Part shown: positions 17,716-39,608 of the stretch, one piece after another | How positions within the stretch are numbered: position 1 is the stretch's first letter | Layout of the letters: every line of letters begins with the position of its first letter | Assembly: GCF_009914755.1 (NCBI RefSeq) | Contig: NC_060938.1 | Direction: 5' to 3' (one strand) | Length of the DNA stretch: 64,000 bases | From: the human T2T-CHM13v2.0 reference genome, Homo sapiens | Made by a program: the position numbers and the translations under genes | The notes under the pieces: model-generated | What the model was told of the DNA's origin: nothing | Seen by the model: the letters and a program-made list of their open reading frames with translations, nothing else | Database searches by the model: none

Positions 17716-18816
17716 CAACCCCCACCAGCTTCTCGTGACAGTTAATGCCCTTTATCAATGTTTTCTACAGGATATTGTTGAGATAAACAATTAGAACCCT
17801 GTCTTAGATGCTATTATATAACCTGTAAGTCTGAATGCCAGGACCAAAGTTCTTCTAGTGATTGATATAAGTGGGCTGGATTTAACAACAACAACAAAAT
17901 TTATTAGGAAGAATTTTAGAGATGATGCAAGCAAAATACATAAGATGTGTCTCAAAAGAACAAGTTCAGAAAATGCAAGAACCATTACATGAACGATCAC
18001 CACTACTCGTATTCTTTGAAAATAAACCAAAGTTGAAAAGAACAGGACTAAAAGAAGAGAGGCATCTCCTCTGCCCCATAAGCATTACTTGCTTATGAAG
18101 AGCTTTGGCCCCAGGTCCTGGTGCAGAGAGATGAAGTCCTAGAGGCCAGGAAGACAATATCCCAAGGAAGGAATGAGGGAAAAAGAAATCCACTGAACTA
18201 GTCTGAGTGGAGGAACCAAGAGACAAAAAGAAAAATAGAATTGTAAAGATGAGACTCTATGGGAGAAAGAGGTGGGGTAAGGACGGACCAGTGGGAACTG
18301 TGGGGGCCCTGGTTTACCTTATGTCTGTAGACCTACAAAGGAAGGGGAAAAAATATTGAGAAAGAAAGAAATGGGAAAGTTGCTCAGAGCTTTGAGAAAT
18401 AGCTCCAGAGTTGAGACCTCCAAAGGAGGATTAATGGAGAGTCAAAACGCATCCATCTCCAAACACTAGCTACATTCAGCACCTGGACACAGCTGTGCCT
18501 GAAGCCTGAGTACAAGAAGATTCTCAGAGGGCTTGGGATTACTTCAAAAGGGTTCTGAAACCTTAAAGTTCTGTGGTCTAGAGTGAAGAACTACATCGTT
18601 ATAGATCTTCATTCCTGGTTCTGAGAAAGTTTTGGTTTTCCTCTCCAGGCCATTAAGAGGTCAGTATCTGGCATCCACCATCACTGGTTGGCTCTGAAAT
18701 CTGCTGAAACTCATTATCCTTCAACAAAAGCTCCATCCTGTGAGAGAGATGGACCATATAGATGGAAAAAGAGTACCAGCTGCAGGCATCTTGATATTGC
18801 CTGTATGACTGCATTC

Positions 18817-19114
<298 letters not shown>

Positions 19115-19239
19115 TATATTCTTTGTATTATCTACTGGAATGAATGGTCTCTGAGTATCACCTGAGCAGTTTTTAAAAACTACCAACTTAGATGAATGAA
19201 AACAAAACATCCGGGTATGGCACATGGAAATAGTATGTT

Positions 19240-19750
<511 letters not shown>

Positions 19751-20826
19751 TCCAAAGTAATGCTTGCCCATTCCTATCTCAGCACCTAACCTTTCAATAC
19801 CTTTCATGTAGCATGCTCTCAATAAATATTGCTCAGTTTGATTTACAATCCTGTTTCCCCCACTGAAGCACTGCCACCCTTTCACCTAGAATGCTATGTG
19901 AATTTGTCTTCTGGTAAGTAGAGTACCTGCAATACCAGCTTGAGGACAAGGTTCATTCCTCTGCTGGCCATGTGCTACCAGCTCAAGTTTTAGCAAAGAG
20001 GGAGGAATGGGAAGCTAGGAGGACTTGAGAAGAGGAGGAAGCTCTCTGCACAGGCACATGGGGGAGCTTTTTTCTTCTCCCTTACAGAAAGTCATCGTGG
20101 CACGTGGACAAAGGAAGTATTAATAACCTTTCTAAAGACGCACTTCTCCAACATTTGGTGTTTCAAAACCGCAACCAGTGCTGTCAGTTCTACAGATGGC
20201 CAACTTCTGCATTTTGGATGACGGCTTCCAAAGATAGCTCAACTTGTATCCCTAAAGCAGAAGACACAACTATGGGGAAGAAGACCATCCTCATTTCTAA
20301 GCCAGAGGTTAAAAGCCACTACCCACATGTTGGTCAGAGACAAGAAGACTGACCACCAAGCAAAGTCATTAGAGGCAATCAACTTTTCTTGGAGTAAAAT
20401 TAAAGTAACATTATTACGTCATTATCACAACCAGACCTTAATGATACAGACTGGGCAACCCACAGGAGTGTGCTCTGGACAGAGGCTTTGCCTTTGCCAC
20501 CCACTTGCTGGGTGGCCTTGGGCTGATAGTTACCCTTTCTAGATGTTGACTTCCTCCCTTGTAAAATGTGAAGGCAGAAACTGAGAACGAGCCTTTCTTT
20601 GACTTCTTCCAATCTGCATCCAAAGAGAAGTGAAGAAGTATCAAGTTCAGAAGGACGATGATACTACATCACTAACAGTTGTGCTTCACCATCCTCCTTC
20701 AGGGTCTGGGGTCCCAGCCAGGTATTTGGCAAGCACGGCTCAAGTGTCTGCAGGCTCTGACCTCCATGGGGCGAATGTAGTTGCAAAGACCTCCCCAGAG
20801 CAGCTTTTGGGACTAGGATGAAAGAC

Positions 20827-21284
20827 TGTGTTCGTTTCCTCCCAAAGTGCCGGTTGCTGTAACAAATGAACACAGACTGGGTAGCTGAAAACAACAGAAA
20901 ATATTTTCTTTCACAGATCCGGAAGCCAGAAGTCTGAAATCAAGGTGTTGGCAGGGATGCAATCTCTCTGAAGGCTCTAAGGGAGAATCCTTCCTTGCCT
21001 CTTCGGTGGTTCCAGGCATTCCTTGGCTTGTGGCTGCATCATTACAATCTCTGCTTCTGTCTTCACATGGCCTTCTCTCTTCTCTCTGTGTCTCATAAAG
21101 ACACTTTTCATTGGACTTAGGACCCATCCAGAGAATCCAGGATGATCTCAAGATCCTTAATTTAATTACATCTGCAAAGACTCTTTTGCCAAATAAGGTT
21201 ACCTTCACAGGTTCCAGAAATTAGGACTTCAACATGTCTTTGAGGGTTAGGGGAGAGGGGGTGGGCACCCAATCAGCCTCCAGA
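20827..21284 (-). mobile_element. MLT1C/B-like MaLR solo LTR
   Basis: GCTGTAACAAAT..., CCAGAAGTCTGAAATCAAGGTGTTGGCAGGG, TTAATTACATCTGCAAAGACTC, CACAGGTTCCAG. Confidence 0.88.
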
Positions 21285-21581
21285 TGGAAAAGTGTAGAAG
21301 AATGTATAAAATCCTTCCCATCCTTAAAGCCCAGATGGAATGCTACCTTGTCCAGGAGGGCTTGCCAGTTCCTACCACATAGACATGATTTTTCCACCAA
21401 GCCATTTAGTTACGCCCATATTGTACATGTCTTTTCCTCTTGCCTCTAGACCACCTGCATCAGAATCACCTCAGGAGTTGGTTAAAAATATACATGTCTG
21501 TCCTTTCTGCCCTAGCCCCCACTGTCACTGCTTTCAATGAATCAGGCCTTCTAGGGATGGGGCTCAAGAGTGTGCATTTTA

Positions 21582-22520
<939 letters not shown>

Positions 22521-22780
22521 ACCCAGAAAGGATCATCAAAACAATGGGAGAATGACTCTAAAGGTATTACAGGGAGTTTCAAGGCTGCTGCTCAGGCCCA
22601 GAGCTTTAGGAGGGCAGAAGGGTTTCAGGAGACTGGTCTGGGAGCCCTCTGGCTCATTGCCCAGAACTATCTTTGGTCTGCTCCATGAATTCTGGTGCGG
22701 CACTCCTTAGCCGCCCCAGCCATGGCTCATGCAGGCCCAGGTGATACTTGACCCACTAAAACATCTAAGAGGTAAACCTT

Positions 22781-24372
<1,592 letters not shown>

Positions 24373-24836
24373 AGTGGTAAACCTTGGTGGTGTGTCCACA
24401 TGGTGCTACTTCTGCAGCCATGTAGAATGCAAGAGCTGTAGGGACATGGCTTCCTCTACAAAATTTCAAAGGATATCTTAGCCCAGGGGCCCAAGCAGAG
24501 AAGAATTGCAGGAGCACTGTAGAGAGCCCACAGAGGCCCCATACTAGGGCAGTGTTGAGCAGAAATGTGGGGTCAGAGCTGCCCCAGAGTCCCCACTAGG
24601 GCAATACCTAGTGGAGCCATGGGAATGAGGCCACTCTTGAGACCCCAGAATTGTGGAGGTACCAGCTTGCAGCATCAGCCTGAAAGAGCTACAAGCATGT
24701 GACTCCAACCCATGATAACTGCTGGTTAAACTGAGGCCAGTGAAGCCATAGGGCCCAATCCCCACCCCAGTGTGCCTAGAAGGGTGGGACATGGAGTCAA
24801 AGAAGATTATTCTGGAGCTTTAAGACTTAATGTTAT

Positions 24837-24952
24837 GGCCAGGTGCAGTGGCTCATGCCTGTAATCCCAGCACTTTGGGAGGCTGAGGTGGAGGATCACT
24901 TGAGCCCAGGAGTTGGAGACCAGCCTGGGCAACACAGAGAGACTCTATATCT

Positions 24953-24992
<40 letters not shown>

Positions 24993-25157
24993 AGCTAGGT
25001 GTGATGTTGCATTCCTGTGGTCTCAACTACTCAGGGGGCTGTGGTGGGGGATTGCCGAGGCTGGGATGTCAAGGCTGCAGTGAGCCATGATTTTGCCACT
25101 GCACTCCAGCCTGGGTGACAGAGTAAGACTCTGTCTCAAAAAGAGAGGGAAAGAAAA
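24837..25157 (+). mobile_element. AluJ with A36 linker expansion
   Basis: TSD AAGACTTAATGTT; pure A run 24955-24990. Confidence 0.9.
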
Positions 25158-26069
25158 AAGACTTAATGTTGTTTTCCCTTTTTCCTTGTTGGGTCTTGGA
25201 TTTACTTGGGACCAATTACACATTTCTTCTTAAATTTCTCCCTTTTGGAATGGGAACGTCTATCCTATGCCTACCCACTATTGTATTTTAGAAGTACATA
25301 AACTTGTTAATTTCACAGGCTCTCAACTGGAGAGGAATGTGCTTTGGGATGAATTATACCTTGAATCTCGCCCCTATCTAATTCAGATGAAACTTTGGAC
25401 TTTTGAGTTGGTGCTAGAATGAGTTAAGACTTTTGGGACAATTGGGATGGAGTGAATGCATCTTGTATGTAAGAAGGACATGAGGTTTGTGTGGCCAGGG
25501 GTAGAATTCTATGGTTTGAATGTCCCCTCCAAAACTCATGTTGAAATGTAATTGCCACTACGATGACGGTGTTAAGAGATGGAATTGTTAAGAGGTGATT
25601 GGGCCATGAGAGCTCTGCCCTAATGAGTAGATTAATGTCATTATCATAGGAGTAAGACTGGTATTGTGAGAGTGGGTTGTTATAAAAATGAGTTTGGCCC
25701 TCTGTGTCTCTTGCTCTCACCCTCTCTTGCCATTCTGCCTTCCACCATGAGATGACGCAGCATGAAGACCCTTGCTAGAGGCTGGGGCCATGCTCTTGGA
25801 CTTCCCAGCCTCCATAATTGTAAGTCAAATACATTTCTATTCATTATGAATTATCCAGTCTGTGGCGTTTTGTTATGGCAACACAAAATGGACAAAGACA
25901 CAACCAAATCCAAGCTCTACTATCCATTAACTGCGTGACTTCAGGATAGTTACCTGGACTCTCTGCATCTCTGCTTCCTCATGTAAATGAAGATAATTAT
26001 AGTGCCTACTTCATAAGTTTGTGGGGAGGATTAAATGAAATAAAGCATGTAAAGTGCTTAGAACAATGT

Positions 26070-26745
<676 letters not shown>

Positions 26746-27209
26746 TTTATTATTATTATAGGTGGCTATTATTATTAATATTATTATTAACTATATTTCT
26801 GGATCCCTCTCTTCCAGGAACATATGCTGATCTTTCCACCATCATTAATTATTATTAATGTTGTTTGGACCTTTTTTTCTTCCAGGCCCTGCGCCAAACT
26901 CAGGTCAAGCTTTATCTCATTTCATCCTTATAACAAGGGTATAAGTCATGTAATATTATTATCTCCCATTTCATTTATAGGGAAATTGAGGGTCAGACAG
27001 GTTAAGTAACTTGCTCGAAGTCCTATAGCCAGTGAAGGGCAAGGCAGGGACGTGAAATATCAGCTTGGGCCCCAACTTTATGGCTATTCTGCATTTCTAC
27101 TTGACCCCGAAGACATTCCCCCTGTGGTCATCAGGCCCACCATCCCCTTGAACCAACTCCCTAAACCTCCCATCACATAGCTTCCTTACATCAAGTTCCA
27201 TCTTTTCTG

Positions 27210-27529
<320 letters not shown>

Positions 27530-28686
27530 TCAAACTATGCCTTTCTGTTGCATTCTTGGTCTGGGCCTTCCGAGAAAATGTCCTTTTCTCAGAGGTGATG
27601 AATCAGGCCACATTCCTCCTCCACCTTCCTGAGAAGCTCTCTCAAATGCTACCTCTGTTCCCAGGGTCTCCCAAACCCAAATGCCGCCTGGCCCAGCATC
27701 CCCATTCAGAGTCCTCTCCTCACACACAGCCACTCTGGCTGGCTTCCCCCACAGCCCCCAGGTGACCCTGTGTCCATTGAGAGGCTGCCTCCCTCTCACT
27801 CCCCTGTGTCTCTGTTGCTCCTTCTAGTGGAAGAACCTGAAGGTCTTGATGCCGGGGAGCTGGCAATCAGTCAACCCTCAGGATGTCCCTCCTATCCTCC
27901 ACTATATCCAGGGTCTCTTGGGCACCACAGTTCTTCCCTTAGCCCTGTTAGGGCAGGCGTCTCGCACTGCCCCCCTCTGCTGCCCACCTCCCACTCTCAC
28001 CACTGGCCCAGGGCATGGGGTGTACCATCAGGCACATAGGCCTTATCACTGTGCAAACACTTCCTCTTTCCCCAGTGCTGGTTCTCACACAATTGGTAAT
28101 CAGTGTAAACTTCCTCTGACAATTTACTGAGCAAACATTTACCATACAACTGCCCTATGTAGGGCTCTGTGCTAAGGCCCATGGGGAACCCAAGCCTGGT
28201 CTCCACCTTGGGGCATCTCGAGTCTGGTAGAGATGAGGCACATGAGGCGTCTCAGATGCCGCGGGTCTTGCGGACCAGAGCACCGCGGACTGGAATCCCA
28301 TTTCTGCTCTCTACTCCCTGTCTTACCTTGGAGCAAGTGACATCCTTTCTGATCTTGAATTTCCTTAGCTGTGAAATGGGAGTAATGCTGTCTAGGTTTG
28401 TTGTGAGGACTAACTAAGATCCCTAGAGGGCCTGGCAGAGCACCTGAGATAAGGACATTCCACAGTCCCTGTGGTGCCACCTTTCAGATATGAATTGAGG
28501 GGTCCCTATATACTACAGGGTCAGCCAATCATCTAGTCAACAAGAACACATTCAAAACGGAAGTGTTGGGTAAGTGGGGAACACACATGAACATAACACA
28601 CATACACATAAGGGTATAAACATAACCCTTTAGTTTAGCGGGAGTGGGTGGTGGTAGGAGTTAGTGTTTTTTTAATTAAAAAAAAA

Positions 28687-29375
<689 letters not shown>

Positions 29376-30792
29376 TAAACCTACATGTTTGGCTATTTCT
29401 TAGTATTTTAGGGTTGCTTCGTGCTCTGGCCTGGGTTTGCAGGAAAAATGGGAGAGAAGAGGAGAAAAGGGCTGGAAGAGGCTTGGCCATGGTAGAAGGC
29501 ATGGGTGGGTGTGAGGAGAAGGAAACAGAGTGATGGGCCAGCAAGGAGTCACAGGGTTTCGGGATCTGGGCTAGCGACCCTCCTGGCCTCCAATGGGCTA
29601 ACACGGAAAAGAGGGATGCTGATACTCCTGGTGTTGGAGGAAGATTCTGGGGAAAGACACCAAGAGGAAGCACAGGGCAGCTACAGATGCATCCATGGAC
29701 CGAGCATGAGCTTTGGTGTGAAGCCAACCTCGGTTTCCATGGGGCCTCAGCACTGACTAACTGTGTGACCTTGGTCAAGTTACTTTACCTCTTTGAACCT
29801 CAGTTCCCTAATCTCCAAGTGAGAATAACAACATCTGTTTCATAGCTCTTTTGCGAGGACTGTAAATTGTATAGCACAGAGCCTGCCAGAATGTAGGCGA
29901 CCAAGTTCCCTTCCCCCTTCTCAAGCTTCCAGGAGTGCCCCAGAAATACAAGACTGGCTATATTTAGTGTCTGGCTCCCTCCCCCGACAACCCATGGTTA
30001 AATTAGAATGAAACTATTTATGCTAAAGTCTCTGAAGTTCTAAAATTCTCTGGCAATGTGAGTAGACTGGGTGGGAGAAGACAGCAGTTCACCTCCTGGG
30101 GACATGGCGGCTGCTGCTGTGAGGCTGTACTCTCTGAGCAGCACACGCCAGTCTTCCTGGGTACCAGCCTGGCAGACGGCCAGGCAGCGGGGCAGACGGC
30201 ATGCCCAGAAGCCTGGCAGCTCCTCCCTTCCCCATTCATGTTCCCTGAGTCCGGGTTCCCTCAGTCCCCTTGGCCAAGGTTTGCCTTGGGTGATGGTAGG
30301 GGTGGAAGGAAAGGCTGGCCCCACAGGAGTGTGTGTGCAGGGAAGGTACCCCAGAGGCCGATTTCAGCCCATTCTAGGAAAGGATGTTGTAGTAACAAAT
30401 GTTTCATGCTGGAAAGGTGTCTGAGGCAGCAGCCAGAGCTTGGGCCCTGAAGAATTTACCCAGATACTATGGTTTTCCACCTGGACGCCCATAAAATATC
30501 CCAAGAGTTTTGTAAAGATACTGTTAGCCTGGTCCCCATCTACAAGATTCTGATTCCATTGGTTCACAGTGGCTGGAATTTTGTTAACAGTGCCCTAGGT
30601 GCCTGCATTGTGCAGAGGTGGATGAGGACCAGTGTTCCCAAGGCATTCCCATGTCTCTGGACCAGAGCTCCTTCTATCTCCAAGTGTCTGCATGTCTGGT
30701 ATGAAGTATGTGTTGTAATCACTTGAACTTGCTTCCATCCTGGCCCCTTGCCATTTACCCTTTGAAACACAGCAACCAGAATGAGGCCTTTA

Positions 30793-31952
<1,160 letters not shown>

Positions 31953-33044
31953 TAGTTCATGGCTGGCTCCTCCTCATCCTACAGGTCTCAGAGGTCCCCT
32001 CTTCAGAGAGCTTTCCCTCACCTGCCTAGTCCACGTGGCACTCCTTTCCCTTCCTGTCCCTCCCTATCATTATCACCTACAATACTCCCCACTAGGAAGC
32101 AAGTTCCATGAGAACAGGGAACTTGTCTAACTGGTTTGTCACAGTGCCTGGCACGGATGAATTCTTAATAACTAGTTGTTGAACAAATAAGTGGAAATGG
32201 ACATAGCATGCTTATGTATTAAATTATGTGTTTTCATGTACACAGACATATAGGTATACCTGCAGATAATGTGATCAGAGGTCTGGGGTAGAAATGGACA
32301 GATGGTGCCAGAGAAGAGGGCACCAAAGGAGAAGGGAAAGGAATAATGATTGAGCCTCGACTCAGTGCCAGGCACTATTCTAGAGTTTTTTATACATTTA
32401 ATCTTCACAACAACACATTGGGCACTGTAAACAAAATTCCAAGGATTCAAGCCACCATGGACCAAAGGAATCAGAATCTTGAGGATGGGGCCAGCATTAT
32501 TGTCCTCATTCTATAGATTAAAAAAACTGAGACTTAGAGAGAGGAAATAACTTGCCCGAAGTTAATCTACCAACAAGTGCCAGAGCAGGATATAAACCCG
32601 AGTTTATTGGACTCCAACACAGTCTTGCTCATTGCATCATTCTTGAAGGAGAAATTACCTCACTCATTACCTCTCTCCATTATCAGGGAATAAAAAAACT
32701 CTGGTGAATGCGGCCCCAGATAGCAATGGCTAATTGGTGACTGGAGCTAATAACATTGGCCGAGCGAGCAGGGCAGATAAGGAAGGGAAAGAAAATCCAC
32801 TAATAGCCTTGCCATCTATCTGGAAACAACCTTGTTTCTTAATTTTATTTGTGTTGTTACGAATTTGCACTCCTTTCCTTTTGCAGAATGTATACATATA
32901 TTCCACTTGATTTAAATTCCCAGGATACAACAACCCAGAGGGATTTGGCCTCATTAAGAGTCAGTGGGCTAGTTTGTTTGGGCCCTCTATCTTAAACTTC
33001 CAAATCTAATTTCCAACCAAAGGAATAGGATATGCTCTTTTTAA

Positions 33045-33377
<333 letters not shown>

Positions 33378-33477
33378 TAAAATACCTCCAGAACTTAGTT
33401 TATATCCAGGTTGTCTGTAATCCTAGTCTCTGGAAAGTACTTCTGTTTTTTATGTTTATTTTTGCTTTTTTTTTTTT

Positions 33478-33549
33478 GGTATGTGTTAGCAGTACTGCCC
33501 TCACTATGCGCTCGTTGGACAGTAGCACAAACCCAAGAAAAGAATGATG
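33478..33549 (-). pseudogene. U4atac snRNA pseudogene, 3'-truncated, with oligo(A) tail
   Basis: Minus strand ATCATTCTTTTCTTGGGTTTGTGCTACTGTCCAACGAGCGCATAGTGAGGGCAGTACTGCTAAC matches U4atac nt ~2-65 as I recall it (about 5 mismatches); followed by A12 (33477-33466). Confidence 0.9.
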
Positions 33550-33604
33550 ATTTGGCAGTCATTTCTAAATAGCAGAACACCTTTTCTTATTTTAGAATAT
33601 GTAG

Positions 33605-33752
33605 GGCCAGGCATGGGGCCTCACACCTATAATCCCAGCACTTTGGGAGGCTGAAGTGGGAGGATTGCTTGAGCCCAGGAGTTCAAGACCAGCCTGGGCA
33701 AGATGGCAAGACTACGCATCTCTACAATAAATAAATAAATACATAAATAAAA
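33605..33752 (+). mobile_element. FLAM/Alu left monomer
   Basis: Single Alu arm with (TAAA)n tail. Confidence 0.85.
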
Positions 33753-34083
33753 TATCAGAGCTAGTTCTCAATTAAATCTGATCAAAACATAGCATGCCAT
33801 CTAGCACAGGACCTCAAGGCCTTATAGACATGAGTTATATATCCTCCTTGCTTATAAAATGCAGACTGTCTAATTGCTGGCTCACAGAAGATCACATAGG
33901 GGCTTAAAGCTTAGTTAGGGCAGAGCCGTCATGTGAGACATAAACAGAATGGGGAGAATCTGTAATATAGGGTGAGAACTTTGTAAGCTTCATGCTATGG
34001 ACAATGGAGAAGTATATCAGGGCTCTGCAGTTTCAGGAGATAAGAACGAATTCTGAGTTAACAGGAAAAAAAAAGCCATCTGA

Positions 34084-35249
<1,166 letters not shown>

Positions 35250-36009
35250 TCATCTCCAGCCTACACCAGAATCCTCTCTGGGAAGTGACTGGGAATCTAC
35301 AATTTTAAAACACACAGCCATCCTCCATAGAAGACACTGGTCTGTGTAGATGGGCATTTGGAAACCATTGATCTATTAGACCGTTTTTTCTAAATGTCCT
35401 TTAGTCCAGTGTCTCATCTTATCTCTTTGCTCTTGCAGTTAAGCATTATCAAAGCTTAGCTTTTGAGTACTTGCAATTTGTACTCATTACATTTAGAGTC
35501 ATATATCTGCAAGATCTCTTCTGAGGTCTTTGGAATGAAAACAAGGACAGAGAGGTATGTTGGCTCCTAACCGTCGCCTTATTTTGTTAGTGTGTCTGGG
35601 GCTTGTGGCTTTTGACAGGGACTCGAGAGATGACTTTGTCAGCTTTTCCTTTCACTATAGTAAGTCTCCATAACAAACACACCCAAGTCTGGTATTTCTG
35701 AACTTATGGCTCTGTACTGAATACATGCTGTTCCTGGAGCCAGGCTCATTTTGCAGTTTCTCCTCCCAACTCCACCCTTTGGTCCTGCTGATGGGCTCAT
35801 TCAGCCTTGGCATGTGATAAACCTCAGGTTCTGGGAGTTTTCTCTAGGACACTGAAGAACAGTATTGACTTTTCAGTAATTGCTGGAGTTTAAAAGGAAT
35901 GGTGATCTTTGGGAGTGGGAGTGTGGTACAGGTGGGCGAATAGGACTTACGGTGCCAACTGGCTTCTCCCCATTCCTATAGTGAGGGGACTCATAAGAAT
36001 GAATAACTA

Positions 36010-36345
36010 GGAAAGGGTTTGCCAAACTTCAGTTGTTTGAATACCATCCTCATGATTTTTGCCAAATCTTCATGTTATCCATCTGCTATTTATTTTATAC
36101 TTTTCATTAATTAACATATTTTCGCTGGCATAGTCACTACCTATGCTAGCCTTGCTGTAAACAATCATATTCTTGAAGTTGCTGATTCATGAAATCGGGT
36201 CTGGTATGCTACCTATAAATTTTTTTCTAGTACACATTAAAATAAATATACACTTATTGAAATTGTGTAAATGTTCACTCATGTGCTAAAATCCTCCTGT
36301 GTGCCACTAGAGGTATACGTATCACAGTTGGGGAACATTAGCTTA
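36010..36345. mobile_element. hAT-Charlie-type MER relic
   Basis: Degenerate terminal repeats (GCCAAACT... / ...AGTTGGGGAAC) and GTACCA-like internal motifs. Confidence 0.5.
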
Positions 36346-36542
36346 GGAATGTCCATGAGCTAAGAGGCCAGTGATTCCAGACCCCCTAATTCATTGTAGT
36401 TTTGGTGCCAAATGTAAGATTTTTTTGAGTCTATTTATTGAAAAGTTACCCTTTTGTATATATCCTCTTATTGCAGAAGTCAAGGTTCAAAGCAAGAAAC
36501 AGAAGCTACCCAAGGTATTTTAAGCAAGAAGGAAATTAATAA

Positions 36543-36892
<350 letters not shown>

Positions 36893-37244
36893 TGAGTACC
36901 CAAGCACCCCAGAACTGACCTCCCAGGGGACCTGTAACTCCTTCATAATCAGGAGGCTGCTAATGGGATGGCTCAGTTTAAGGTTTCACCACCACCACAG
37001 CTGTAATCCAGGGATTAGGTATCACCTCCACCTCCTCTGCCACAAGTTCCAGTAGATAGTCATGGATCTGGAAATTACACACTGGACTGCTGCTGTGGAT
37101 CCCCACATCTCCTTGACATTGCTTGCAGCAGAACGTGGCCAAAGCAGGAAGAAAGGGGCCCATGACTCAACTTCCTTTTGCCTTTCAAATCTCTCATGAG
37201 TGCATCAGATTTAATGAGGCCTACTCGCATCATCCAGAACTCTA

Positions 37245-37535
<291 letters not shown>

Positions 37536-38159
37536 TCATATTCATCAAATTGCCTATTAGTGGCAGCTCTGCTGCTGATTCTCAGTGAACTAAGAAATCA
37601 CTAAGCCAAAGGCAGGAAAAAAAGACCACAGAAACCCACCATTAATGCAGGTTCTTATGTTACCAAATAGTCGCTCTTATGTGAATTGGGGGAGTATGCA
37701 TGTGTGTATGTGTGTAAAACCAGGTTTTGTGTAATCTGAAGGTACACACTTACAAACATACAGGTTAAGTCAATAAAAGTGACCTTGCTAGCACAAACTG
37801 ACATGCCACACCAAAACCTCAATGGCTCCTCATTGCCTGGGGGAAGTAATAGCCTTGTATACTATACCTTTTACAAGTTCGCCGTTAGTTAACCTCTCAT
37901 CCCTTAACACCTGGCATATTCTATGACAGCCCTCCATTCTGGTTAAAGAGCTCTAGTGATTGGTTAAGAAACAGCCAAACAGTCCCCCCTTCCTGCCTTC
38001 CTGGTTAATAGGGTTCTGCCTGGAAAGCCTTGTCCTCTTCCTGTTGACTAACTTGAGTCTCAGTCTTCCTTCAAGGCCAGTTCTGTGCATTTTCCTCACT
38101 TCCTAAAGCAGGCCTTGTTCTCCCACTCTCTTCTGTCTGTATTGGTAAAAAAAACTCCT

Positions 38160-38720
<561 letters not shown>

Positions 38721-39304
38721 TCCTCTTTTTCTCAGTTGGGATCTGGTTTCCACCCTCCTAGTCACCCTTTCAGGGCTTTGCTTCCCTGTAACCTGCTTGG
38801 GGAGGTGCTCCTCCCACCCCCATGTTCCTGTGTTACTGGGTACTTCCATTCATTCATTCCTTCCATAACAGGTGAAGGTGGAAGAAGGAAACCACCTTCA
38901 CCTTCATTCCCATTGCAAGATGAAGGTGTGGGAGGAAGGTGGTCTTGATTTAAGGAATTAATCTGGTAGATCCTTACAGGCAGTGACAGGCAAAGCCTTA
39001 GCCAAATCATCGGAAGTGGAAACATTCTGCTGCGGAGGTGGGGAAAAGGGAATCCCTGTGCATAAGAAGAAAGGAGACACAGGGCTGGCTTTTGAGAAAC
39101 AGGGACGAGGTAAAGCACTGAGAGAAGCGACATTGGAGGAGAGAGAAGGAAGAGAGCCAAGAAGGATGAAGGCCCTCTGAGGAGTGAGATGCTTGGTGCT
39201 ATTGGAAAGAGGATGGAGGGCATGACTCAAACCCTCATTAAAGTCCCCTGCTGCACCCACCAATGCCACAGACAGTGGGTTTTTGTGCCATGACTAGAAA
39301 GGAA

Positions 39305-39608
39305 GCCGGGCACGGTGGCTCACGCCTGTAATCCCAGCACTTTGGGAGGCCGAGGCAGGTGGATCACCAGGTCAGGAGTTCAAGACCAGCCTGGCCAAGA
39401 TGGTGAAACCCCATCTCTACTAAAAATACAAAAAATTAGCCAGGCGTGGTGGTACGTGCCTGTACTCCCAGCTACATGGGAAGCTGAGACAGAGAATTGC
39501 TTGAACCCGGGAGGCGGTGGTTGCAGTGAGCCAAGATTGCACCACTGTACTCCAGCCTGGGTGACAGAGCGAGACTGTCCCAAAAAACAAACAAACAAAC
39601 AAACAAAA
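39305..39608 (+). mobile_element. AluSg-like
   Basis: Full Alu with (AAAC)n tail. Confidence 0.93.

Noticed and set aside
17900-18100. A-rich, coding-looking stretch (MMQAKYIRCVSKEQ...)
   Set aside because: Short, no recognisable homology, no TSD or poly(A) hallmarks.
30040-30450. GC-rich region with overlapping ORFs and weak CTCF/YY1-like motifs
   Set aside because: Open frames are explained by GC content, and the motif matches are too degenerate to call.
33425-33570. Possible TSD around the U4atac pseudogene (TGGAAAGTACTTCT versus TGGCAGTCATTTCT)
   Set aside because: Needs gaps and several mismatches; not convincing.
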